Positions 43,690 through 52,386 of a DNA stretch of 64,000 nucleotides are shown here, in pieces. Both the position numbers and the translations under genes were made by a program. The notes beneath the pieces are model-generated. The model worked only from the letters and a program-made list of their open reading frames with translations. It was not told the origin of the DNA and searched no databases. How positions within the stretch are numbered: position 1 is the stretch's first letter; every line of letters starts with the position of its first letter. Source of the stretch: Mobula hypostoma (taxonomy: Eukaryota); NCBI RefSeq assembly GCF_963921235.1, contig NC_086101.1, positions 5,022,001-5,086,000 on the forward strand, written 5' to 3'.

Positions 43690-44260
43690 TTCTGGTTCCC
43701 TCCCTGCCCGGCTGTCCGCCTCTCTCCCCACGTTGGCCGCGCCTGCATTCGCTCCGTATCCGGAGTCGGGGTTTCTCGGTGACGGGGACGCCGACTGAAG
43801 CGCAGCGGCGGCCTCTGGACTTTGTGAGGATCCGGGGAGTGGTTGCGGAAGTGGGAGAGGGAGAGGAGAGAGCGACCGCCGCCGCGGCTGTGGCTCTTTC
43901 TCCGGGGAGAGCGGCGGCTCTGCAGTCGGTAGCGTAGTGCCGGGACGGAGATGTTTAAGCTGCCGCTGAGCGGGTCGGCCGGACGGGACCCCGGCCGTTT
44001 CTGATCGCGGGGAGCCCGATTCCGCCCTGCGGCCCTCTCGCAAAGTGAAACTAAAGAAGTCCCGGAAGGCCCTCATCTCGCACTCGCACGGAGAGAGGCC
44101 GCCGTTCCCCCAGCAGGTGAGTATGGGCCGAATGGTTACCTCGGGCCGAGGCGTTGTCCCCGGGACCGGGCCGGGGTCTGCCAGCCGGACTCCGGCCGGT
44201 TCCATCGGACACATGAACAGAATTCGGCATCTCGGGTCGGGTCGGCTCCGCTCCGCCATT
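43690..44260 (+). promoter_or_regulatory. CpG island / promoter of the butyrophilin-like gene
   Basis: Abrupt shift to GC-rich, CpG-dense sequence in an otherwise CpG-poor window. ETS/GABP-type motif GCGGAAGTG at 43845-43853. A consensus splice donor CAG|GTGAGT lies inside the island. Confidence 0.8.
43860..44116 (+). other. Putative non-coding exon 1 (5' UTR) of the butyrophilin-like gene; start coordinate approximate, TSS unknown
   Basis: Donor CCCCAGCAG|GTGAGT (intron starts 44117) within the CpG island. The next strong acceptor with a coding exon is at 51431/51432. The link between these two sites is inferred. Confidence 0.65.
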
Positions 44261-44330
44261 TCATCATCGCTGGTTTATTATCCGTTTAAACCCATTCCCC
44301 GCCTTTGATGCCCCGACAAATCGAGAACCT
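44215..44330 (-). mobile_element. Degenerate CR1 LINE 3'-tail relic
   Basis: gctccgccatttcatcatcgctg...ccattccccgcctttgatgcccc..aatcgagaacct parallels the CR1 tail in this window at ~57740-57870 (gctctgccattcaatcatgggctg...ccccataccttttgatgccctggctaatcaagaacct). Confidence 0.55.
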
Positions 44331-44492
44331 TCTTTTGACTTTTGATGGAGGTTCGCAGTCCAACTTCAAGGTGCCTTACCGTCACCAGCTGGACTGGAGT
44401 GTGGTGTGGAGAGAGTTGGGAAGCAAATCTCCTTCCACTCCTTCATCAGCTGCTCGTAGCGGCTCCGCATGAATCGTTTAGGTGTATTGAAT

Positions 44493-44846
44493 GATGAGAG
44501 GCATTGATCGTGTGAATGAATAGTCAGAGGCTTTTCCCCAGGGCTGAAATGGTTGTCACAAGAGGACACAGGTTTAAGGTGCTGGGGAGTAGGTACAGAG
44601 GAGATGTCAGGGGTAAGTTTTTTACTCAGAGAGTGGTGAGTGTGTGGAATGGGCTGCCGGCAACGGTGGTGGAGGCGGATACGATAGGGTCTTTTAAGAG
44701 ACTTTTGGATAGGTACATGGAGCTTAGAAAAATAGAGGGCTATGTATTGCTAAGCCTAGTAATTTCTACGGTAGGGACCTGTTTGGCACAGCTTAGTGGG
44801 CCGAAGGGCCTGTATGGTGCTGTAGGTTTTCTATGTTTCTATGTTT
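44493..44846 (+). mobile_element. CR1 LINE 3' fragment (ORF2 C-terminus + 3' UTR + tail)
   Basis: Encodes SQRLFPRAEM..TRGHRFKV...KFFTQRVVSVWNGLP..VVEADTIGSFKRLLDRYM, the typical CR1 ORF2 C-terminus. Ends in gggccgaagggcctgt...ttctatgtttctatgttt. Confidence 0.92.
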
Positions 44847-45109
44847 AACTGAAAACTAAATTACCCCTAAGAGCCCTGTAGATTGTAAATACTGAAAGAC
44901 ACATCTCTTCCATAACCTAGTAAAATTTTAAAATGAAAACTGTCAACTCCCAAAGCTAGGAGTGCAGCCTGCATTTGCTTTCTTTCAACCTTGTACAAAT
45001 AATGTGTTCAACTGTGATGACAACGCCTTCACATCCCAGGGTGATGTATCCAACAGGATACAAGGAATAATTAAGCATAGTATGCCAATTCTAAGTCAAG
45101 TCAATATAA

Positions 45110-45208
45110 TTCCTTCCCTTCCATCTTAACTCTTTCTCCCATCAATCCAAGCCTCTGCTTTAAATATACCCAATGACTTGCTTCTTCAGCTGTCTGTGGC
45201 AATGAATT
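45110..45208 (-). mobile_element. Older CR1 3' fragment, left half (split by the younger CR1)
   Basis: Translates as NSLPQTAEEASHWVYLKQRL on the minus strand and joins seamlessly to 47588-47714 (gaatt|ccacagatt). Confidence 0.8.
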
Positions 45209-47587
45209 CATAGAAACATAGAAACATAGAAAATAGGTGCAGGAGTAGGCCATTCGGCCCTTCGAGCCTGCACCGCCATTTATTATGATCATGGCTGATC
45301 ATCCAACTCAGAACCCAGCCTTCCCTCCATACCCCCTGACCCCTGTAGCCACAAGGGCCATATCTAACTTCCTTTTAAACATAGCTAATGAACTGGCCTC
45401 AACAGTTTGCTGTGGCAGAGAATTCCACAGATTCACCACTCTCTGTGTGAAGAAGTTCTTCCTAACCTCGGTCCTAAAAGGCTTCCCCTCTATCCTCAAA
45501 CTGTGACCCCTCGTTCTAGACCTCCCCAACATCGGGAACAATCTTCCCGCATCTAGCCTGTCCAATCCCTTTAGGATCTTATACGTTTCAATCAGATCCC
45601 CCCTCAATCTTCTAAATTCCAACGAGTACAAGCCCAGTTCATCCAGTCTTTCTTCATATGAAAGACCTGCCATCCCAGGAATCAATCTGGTGAACCTTCT
45701 TTGTACTCCCTCTATGGCAAAGATGTCTTTCCTCAGATTAGGGGACCAAAACTGCACACAATACTCCAGGTGTGGTCTCACCAAGGCCTTGTACAACTGC
45801 AGTAGTACCTCCCTGCTCCTGTACTCGAATCCTCTCGCTATAAATGCCAGCATACCATTCGCCTTTTTCACCGCCTGCTGTACCTGCATGCCCACTTTCA
45901 ATGACTGGTGTATAATGACACCCAGGTCTCGTTGCACCTCCCCTTTTCCTAATCGGCCACCATTCAGATAATAATCTGTTTTCCTATTTTTGCCACCAAA
46001 GTGGATAACTTCACATTTATCCACATTAAATTGCATCTGCCATGAGTTTGCCCACTCACCCAACCTATCCAAGTCACCCTGCATCCTCTTAGCATCCTCC
46101 TCACTGCTAACACTGCCACCCAGCTTTGTGTCATCCGCAAACTTGGAGATGCTGCATTTAATTCCCTCATCCAAGTCATTAATATATATTGTAAACAACT
46201 GGGGTCCCAGCACTGAGCCTTGCGGTACCCCACTAGTCACTGCCTGCCATTCTGAAAAGGTCCCGTTTATTCCCACTCTTTGCTTCCTGTCTGCTAACCA
46301 ATTCTCCACCCACACCAATACCTTACCCCCAATACCGTGTGCTTTAAGTTTGCACACTAATCTCCTGTGTGGGACCTTGTCAAAAGCCTTTTGAAAATCC
46401 AAATATACCACATCCACTGGTTCTCCCCTATCCACTCTACTAGTTACATCCTCAAAAAATTCTATGAGATTCGTCAGACATGATTTTCCTTTCACAAATC
46501 CATGCTGACTTTGTCCGATCATTTCACCGCTTTCCAAATGTGCTGTTATCACATCCTTGATAACTGACTCCAGCAGTTTCCCCACCACCGACGTTAGGCT
46601 AACCGGCCTATAATTCCCCGGTTTCTCTCTCCCTCCTTTTTTAAAAAGTGGGGTTACATTAGCCACCCTCCAATCCTCAGGAACTAGTCCAGAATCTAAC
46701 GAGTTTTGAAAAATTATCACTAATGCATCCACTATTTCTTGGGCCACTTCCTTAAGCACTCTGGGATGCAGACCGTCTGGCCCTGGGGATTTATCTGCCT
46801 TCAATCCCTTCAATTTACCTAACACCACTTCCCTACTAACATGTATTTCGCTCAGTTCCTCCATCTCACTGGACCCTCTGTCCCTTACTATTTCTGGAAG
46901 ATTATTTATGTCCTCCTTAGTGAAGACAGAACCAAAGTAATTATTCAATTGGTCTGCCATGTCCTTGCTCCCCATAATCAATTCACCTGTTTCTGTTTGC
47001 AGGGGACCTACATTTGTCTTTATCAGTCTTTTCCTTTTTACATATCTATAAAAGCTTTTACAGTCCGTTTTTATGTTCTCTGCCAGTTTTCTCTCATAAT
47101 CTTTTTTCCCCTTCCTAATTAAGCCCTTTGTCCTCCTCTGCTGAACTCTGAATTTCTCCCAGTCCTCAGGTGAGCCACTTTCTCTGGCTAATTTGTATGC
47201 TACTTCTTTGGAATTGATACTATCCCTAATTTCTCTTGTCAGCCACGGGTGCACTACCTTCCTTGATTTATTCTTTTGCCAAACTGGGATGAACAATTGT
47301 TGTAGTTCATCCATGCAACCTTTAAATGCTTGCCATTGCATATCCACCGTCAATCCTTTAAGTGTCATTTGCCAGTCTATCTTAGCTAATTCACGACTCA
47401 TACCTTCAAAGTTACCCCTCTTTAAGTTCAGAACCTTTGTTTCTGAATTAACTATGTCACTCTCCATGTTAATGAAGAATTCCACCATATTATGGTCACT
47501 CTTACCCAAGGGGCCTCTCACGACAAGATCGCTAATTAACCCTTCCTCATTGCTCAAAACCCAGTCCAGAATAGCCTGCTCTCTAGT
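45209..47587 (-). mobile_element. Young 5'-truncated CR1 LINE with 3' UTR and (CATAGAAA)n tail
   Basis: Tail catagaaacatagaaacatagaaa at 45209, then the 3' UTR, then an uninterrupted ORF2. The 5' truncation falls at TREQAILDW, near the end of the endonuclease domain. Confidence 0.97.
45308..47587 (-). CDS. CR1 ORF2 reverse transcriptase (N-terminally truncated, no native start)
   Basis: 760 open codons with RT motifs KSPGPDGLHPRVLKE, NYRPVSLTS, QHGF..GKSCLTNL, YLDFQKAFDKV, GVPQGSVLGP, KFADD and the CR1 C-terminus LVRPHLEYCVQFWSP...FFTQRVVNLWNSLP. Confidence 0.9.
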   Translation of the reverse strand, partial: TREQAILDWVLSNEEGLISDLVVRGPLGKSDHNMVEFFINMESDIVNSETKVLNLKRGNFEGMSRELAKIDWQMTLKGLTVDMQWQAFKGCMDELQQLFIPVWQKNKSRKVVHPWLTREIRDSINSKEVAYKLARESGSPEDWEKFRVQQRRTKGLIRKGKKDYERKLAENIKTDCKSFYRYVKRKRLIKTNVGPLQTETGELIMGSKDMADQLNNYFGSVFTKEDINNLPEIVRDRGSSEMEELSEIHVSREVVLGKLKGLKADKSPGPDGLHPRVLKEVAQEIVDALVIIFQNSLDSGLVPEDWRVANVTPLFKKGGREKPGNYRPVSLTSVVGKLLESVIKDVITAHLESGEMIGQSQHGFVKGKSCLTNLIEFFEDVTSRVDRGEPVDVVYLDFQKAFDKVPHRRLVCKLKAHGIGGKVLVWVENWLADRKQRVGINGTFSEWQAVTSGVPQGSVLGPQLFTIYINDLDEGIKCSISKFADDTKLGGSVSSEEDAKRMQGDLDRLGEWANSWQMQFNVDKCEVIHFGGKNRKTDYYLNGGRLGKGEVQRDLGVIIHQSLKVGMQVQQAVKKANGMLAFIARGFEYRSREVLLQLYKALVRPHLEYCVQFWSPNLRKDIFAIEGVQRRFTRLIPGMAGLSYEERLDELGLYSLEFRRLRGDLIETYKILKGLDRLDAGRLFPMLGRSRTRGHSLRIEGKPFRTEVRKNFFTQRVVNLWNSLPQQTVEASSLAMFKRKLDMALVATGVRGYGGKAGF

Positions 47588-47714
47588 CCACAGATTCAAC
47601 ACTCTCTGGCTAAAGAAATTCGGCTTCATCTCTGTTGTAAGTGGACGTCCATCTATTCTGAGGCTGTGCCCTCTGGACCTGGACTCCCCCCACTACAGGA
47701 AACATCCTCTCCAC
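47588..47714 (-). mobile_element. Older CR1 3' fragment, right half
   Basis: Minus strand gtggagaggatgtttcctgtagtggggg...gagatgaagccgaatttctttagccagagagtgttgaatctgtgg, which continues into 45208. Confidence 0.8.
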
Positions 47715-47800
47715 TTATATGAAGTTATGGGGCGGTATATTGATTGTGCTGAAATCAGAAATCAAAAGGCCAGTGCTACGAATCAACGAGTCCACAGTCA

Positions 47801-49465
47801 GCTTGTTGTTGGGTTGCAGGATTGTGTATGTGGGTGGATGGATGGGGCTTGTTGTTGGGTTGCAGGATTGTGTATGTGGGTGGGTGGATGGATGGGGCTT
47901 GTTGTTGGGTTGCAGGATTGTGTATGTGGGTGGGTGGATGGATGGGGCTTGTTGTTGGGTTGCAGGATTGTGTATGTGGGTGGATGGATGGATGGGGCTT
48001 GTTGGGTTGCAGGATTGTGTATGTGGGTGGGTGGATGGATGGGGCTTGGGTTGCAGGATTGTGTATGTGGGTGGATGGATGGATGGGGCTGTTGGGTTGC
48101 AGGATTGTGTATGTGGGTGGATGGATGGGGCTTGGGTTGCAGGATTGTGTATGTGGGTGGATGGATGGGGCTTGTTGTTGGGTTGCAGGATTGTGTATGT
48201 GGGTGGGTGGATGGATGGGGCTTGGGTTGCAGGATTGTGTATGTGGGTGGATGGATGGATGGGGCTTGTTGGGTTGCAGGATTGTGTATGTGGGTGGGTG
48301 GATGGATGGGGCTTGTTGTTGGGTTGCAGGATTGTGTATGTGGGTGGATGGATGGATGGGGCTTGTTGTTGGGTTGCAGGATTGTGTATGTGGGTGGGTG
48401 GATGGATGGGGCTTGGGTTGCAGGATTGTGTATGTGGGTGGATGGATGGATGGGGCTGTTGGGTTGCAGGATTGTGTATGTGGGTGGATGGATGGGGCTT
48501 GGGTTGCAGGATTGTGTATGTGGGTGGATGGATGGGGCTTGTTGTTGGGTTGCAGGATTGTGTATGTGGGTGGGTGGATGGATGGATGGGGCTTGGGTTG
48601 CAGGATTGTGTATGTGGGTGGATGGATGGATGGGGCTGTTGGGTTGCAGGATTGTGTATGTGGGTGGATGGATGGGGCTTGGGTTGCAGGATTGTGTATG
48701 TGGGTGGATGGATGGGGCTTGTTGTTGGGTTGCAGGATTGTGTATGTGGGTGGGTGGATGGATGGGGCTTGGGTTGCAGGATTGTGTATGTGGGTGGATG
48801 GATGGATGGGGCTTGTTGTTGGGTTGCAGGATTGTGTATGTGGGTGGATGGATGGGGCTTGTTGTTGGGTTGCAGGATTGTGTATGTGGGTGGATGGATG
48901 GATGGGGCTTGTTGGGTTGCAGGATTGTGTATGTGGGTGGATGGATGGGGCTTGTTGGGTTGCAGGATTGTGTATGTGGGTGGATGGATGGGGCTTGTTG
49001 TTGGGTTGCAGGATTGTGTATGTGGGTGGATGGATGGGGCTTGTTGGGTTGCAGGATTGTGTATGTGGGTGGATGGATGGATGGGGCTTGTTGTTGGGTT
49101 GCAGGATCGTGTATGTGGGTGGATGGATGGATGGGGCTTGTTGGGTTGCAGGATTGTGTATGTGGGTGGATGGATGGATGGGGCTTGTTGGGTTGCAGGA
49201 TTGTGTATGTGGGTGGATGGATGGATGGGGCTTGTTGTTGGGTTGCAGGATTGTGTATGTGGGTGGATGGATGGGGCTTGTTGGGTTGCAGGATTGTGTA
49301 TGTGGGTGGATGGATGGGGCTTGTTGGGTTGCAGGATTGTGTATGTGGGTGGATGGATGGGGCTTGTTGTTGGGTTGCAGGATTGTGTATGTGGGTGGAT
49401 GGATGGGGCTTGTTGTTGGGTTGCAGGATTGTGTATGTGGGTGGATGGATGGATGGGGCTTGTTG
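47801..49465. repeat. G-rich minisatellite, ~46 bp core unit, ~36 copies, in intron 1
   Basis: Unit GGGTTGCAGGATTGTGTATGTGGGTGGATGGATGGGGCTTGTTGTT. It varies by adding or removing GGAT, GGGT and GTT modules, while the core GCAGGATTGTGTATGTGGG is nearly invariant. Confidence 0.98.
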
Positions 49466-49559
49466 GTTTGGAGGAATGTGTGCAGCGAGGGATGGCGCTT
49501 GTCGTTGGGTTGATGGAATTTTTTCCCTGTTCAGAAAATAGTCAATACTTTTATTATTT

Positions 49560-49970
49560 CTACCAAAGTACATGACCATACACTTCCCCACACTGTATTC
49601 AATCTGTCACTTCTTTGCCCATTCTCCTGATATGTCTAAGTCTTTCTGCAGAGTCCCTGATTCCTGAAAAATTACCTGCCCCTCTATTTATTTTTGTTTC
49701 GTCCACAGTCTTGGTCACAAAACCATCAGTTCTGTCATCCAAATCATTGTCATATAACGTAAAAAGAATGGGTCCCAACACCAATGCCTGCAGAACACCA
49801 CTAGTCACTGGCAGCCAATCAGAAAAGGCTCCCTTTATTCCCACTCTGTGCTTCCTGCCAATCAGCCTCTGCTTTCTCCATGCTAGAATCTTTCCTGTCA
49901 TACTGTGTGCTGGTAGCTTGTTAGGGTAGCCTCGTATGGCAGCTTGTCAAAGGCCTTCTGAAGATCCAAG
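49560..49970 (-). mobile_element. Decayed CR1 RT fragment
   Basis: Frameshifted pieces LDLQKAFDKL, RVGIKGAFSDWLPVTSGV..LVLGPILFTLY.NDLDD, VGKCMVMYFG. Confidence 0.88.
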
Positions 49971-49999
49971 CACGTGGATTGGGTGGTATGATTAGCAGA

Positions 50000-50172
50000 A
50001 GGACTTGGTACGTTCTGCACGTGACCGCATGTGTTTCTTGCCGGTGGTCCAGTTTCCGCCAGTGTTCCAAAGACACACGGGTTAGTCGGTTCGTCGCTCA
50101 CGTGGGTGAAATTGGGTGCTTTAGGCTTGTAAGACCCGAAGAGCCTGTTACTGTACTGCATCTCTAAATTAA
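50000..50172 (+). mobile_element. V-SINE (HE1-like) fragment
   Basis: gtacgttctgcacgtgaccgcatgtgtttc...ccagtttcc...ttccaaagac..acgggttagt resembles the V-SINE central domain as I recall it. It is homologous to the copies at 51566, 52165 and 52515. Confidence 0.65.
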
Positions 50173-50173
50173 G

Positions 50174-50713
50174 TGTGACTCTCACTTCGGCTAGCGGCTT
50201 AATTTAGGGGGAGGTGGCCCCCGGCCCAGCCAAACTTAAAGAAATCTCGTTTGGGTGGATGCTGCAATGTGTCCCCTGTTACAAATCAGCCCCCCAAAAT
50301 AACAAACGGTATACAATATGCGATTAAATGATGAATTTTAATAATTCTTACTTTGACTATATGGTTAGTAAAGAAACAATAAATAAAGAAAAAAAGGGCC
50401 CAATCTTATTAATCAGTCTGTTGCGCAATGTTGGAGCTCAGTGATAAACCGATTGTCCACCATCGACCTCCTCCGATCGTCGCTAACCTTCGGACCCTCG
50501 CTCCGAGTCCACCCTGTCCGGTGGTCTACCAACTCTCTTCATTCACATCTTCTCTCCTCATCTCTCCCAAGCAAAAGCCTGGGAAAATCTCTCTTCCAGA
50601 CTCACAAGAAAGAACAACAGCATTCCGAACCCTGTTATCTCCAGTCATAACCCAAACATTGCTGCTACAGAGAAACCATTACATTATAAGTGAAACCCTA
50701 CAGCACGTTAACA
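50174..50713. mobile_element. Putative solo LTR
   Basis: 540-bp segment bounded by TG(tgact)...(gttaa)CA, with near-matching 4-bp flanks TAAG/TAAA and no coding capacity. Family assignment is from recall only. Confidence 0.4.
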
Positions 50714-50794
50714 TAAATAAGCATCCGCTGACTTACCGGATGGCAGAGCAGGGTAGTGGATTAGCCAACTCCTGCTCCTCTTCTCTTACCTCCT

Positions 50795-51405
50795 TTTCAA
50801 GTTTATTATCATCTGACTGTACATATATACAACCAAACAAAGCAACCTTCCTCCAGACCACATTGGCACCCACAGCACATGTATCACACACGGCACATAA
50901 AACAAAATGTTACCACAGGCAAAATAATAAAATATAATTCAAAATGCATATAGAGCTCAGCACAGTTAAACAGCTCGCTCTCCTATTGAGACCGGGGGGT
51001 AGCAGAGTACTCATTAGTCTCACAGCCTGAGGGAAGAAGCTAGTGTATGACTAATATGTAGTAATAATAATAATACAGTAATAATATATTAATATATGGT
51101 ATTACTATATTAATAATATATTAATCCATTGATTACATGCAGCACAAAATAAAACACAAGAACACAGTTAAAACGTTTTTAATTATTAATATATATAACT
51201 AATTTAATAATATTTTAATATACTAATATGACTAATCCTAGTCCTGATGTTTCTGTACCTTCTTCCTGATAGTAGTGGGTCAAAGAGTTTGTGGGATGGG
51301 AAGTTGGGATCCTCAACAATACTTTGGGCCCTTTATCTACGACAATCCCGGTAAATGTCACATACGGGAGGGAGGGAGACCCCGGTGATTCTCTCAGCGG
51401 TTTTT
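50795..51405 (-). mobile_element. Rex1/Babar-like LINE 3' fragment interrupted by an AT-rich insert (~51046-51236)
   Basis: Tail ttcaagtttattatcatc, which is minus-strand ...ataaacttgaa. The segments gggaagaagct and ctagtcctgatg..tgtaccttcttcctgat..gtgggtcaaagag are adjacent in my recollection of such elements and are here separated by the AT-rich block. Confidence 0.55.
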
Positions 51406-51431
51406 ATTATCCATTTTTTGCTCTGTTGCAG

Positions 51432-51531
51432 GGATCCATTGGTTTAATGCTGATGTGAAGAGAGATGGGTGGATGGAAGATGCGCTGGACTCTAATCCTG
51501 CTCTTCTGTAGGATCTACATTGCCTGTGCCC
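51432..51531 (+). CDS. Butyrophilin-like gene exon 2: 5' UTR tail + signal peptide (CDS 51465-51531, MGGWKMRWTLILLFCRIYIACA)
   Basis: Acceptor ttttttgctctgttgcag|G and donor GCCC|GTGAGT in phase 1. ATG 51465 is in strong context (gagATGG) with an in-frame upstream TGA at 51456-51458. The peptide has a basic N-region, hydrophobic core and A-x-A cleavage motif. The final C plus AG of exon 3 gives CAG (Gln), keeping frame. Not in the supplied ORF track. Confidence 0.9.
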
Positions 51532-51565
51532 GTGAGTGATGCCATTTTCTGAAGTCCTCTCTCAT

Positions 51566-51740
51566 GGCGGCACAGCAGCGTAGGGTTAATTCAGTCGCGT
51601 TATTGCGCAGGTTTCAATTCCCACTGCTGCTTGTAAGGAGTTTGTATTTCCACCAGGTTGTCTGGTTTTCACCCACGTCCCGTAAACGTACCGGTTAGGA
51701 TTAGTGAGTTGTGCGCGTGCTGTGGTGGCCTGGCGGACTG
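51566..51740 (+). mobile_element. tRNA-derived V-SINE (HE1-like)
   Basis: Head ggcggcacagcagcgtagggtt (A-box-like) and ggtttcaattccc (B-box-like), followed by gtaaggagtttgta and a shortened V-domain. Confidence 0.6.
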
Positions 51741-51799
51741 TCCTTAGACTCTGGTTGTTTCTGGCACCTTTCTGGATATGCATTGTTGATGGGTGCCAG

Positions 51800-52155
51800 T
51801 GATGCACTGGGCAGTTCTGACTAGCGGTTGTAGAGTCCGCTGCACCGCAGGTTCCACCACAAGCAGTGATGCGTCTTGTTAGGATGCTCTCTACTGCTCA
51901 TCTGTAGAATGACATGAGTATAGATGTGCAAAGACCCGCTCCCCTCAGAAAGCAGGGGTGTCGGTGAGCTTTCCCGATTGTGTAGGATGTGTTCTGGGAC
52001 CGCGAGACGTTGTGTGAGACGTGCACTCCCAGGAGTTTGAAACCGCTCACAGATTCCACTGCTGTGCCGTGGATGTAAAAAAAGGATGTGATGGGGGTGA
52101 GTTCTGAAGTCGACAACCACTTCCTTTGTCTTGGTGACATTGCGGAGCAGGTTCT
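51800..52155 (-). mobile_element. Rex1/Babar-like LINE RT C-terminal fragment
   Basis: TKEMVVDFR / IHGTAVESVSGFKLLGVHVSHN...TSILMSFYR..ESILT, with frameshifts. Confidence 0.8.
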
Positions 52156-52164
52156 TTCTGGAAA

Positions 52165-52298
52165 TACGTTCTCCCTATGACCACCTCTGAGTGCCCCAGT
52201 TCCCTCCCACGTTCCAGAGATGTACGGGTTAGTAGATTCGTGGGTCAGATGGTTGTAATTGGGTGGTACGGCCTCGTTGGGCAGGAAGGGCCTGTTAT
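52165..52298 (+). mobile_element. V-SINE fragment
   Basis: tacgttctccctatgacc...ttcc.tcccac.ttcca.agatgtacgggttagt...gtaattggg...gggcctgtta. Confidence 0.65.
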
Positions 52299-52386
52299 AG
52301 ATTGGCCAGCTCCTGTTCCTCTTTCTTACTTGCTTTTCAAGTTTCAAGTTTATAGTCATCTGACTGAAAATATTAAAAGTAAAGGC

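Noticed and set aside
43663-44259. 198-aa minus-strand ORF and other short ORFs in the CpG island
   Set aside because: GC-rich sequence is stop-poor, there is no recognisable domain, and the ORF overlaps the promoter and exon 1. The candidate acceptor at 44051/44050 is in the wrong phase to join the 44380 donor.
47588-47629. ATG start MKPNFFSQRVLNLW of the 773-aa ORF as the native CR1 start
   Set aside because: It belongs to the older host CR1's C-terminal region and is fused in frame by chance.
1-49465. CRISPR-like array interpretation of the regular repeats
   Set aside because: No unique spacers, no cas genes, and a vertebrate context.
47193-49591. W/C/G-rich ORFs in three plus frames and an H/P/Q-rich minus ORF
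   Set aside because: They arise from the 46-bp minisatellite. Units change length by 3 or 4 nt, so frame is not conserved.
51566-51640. tRNA gene
   Set aside because: Only degenerate A/B-box-like motifs followed by a V-SINE body; no cloverleaf.
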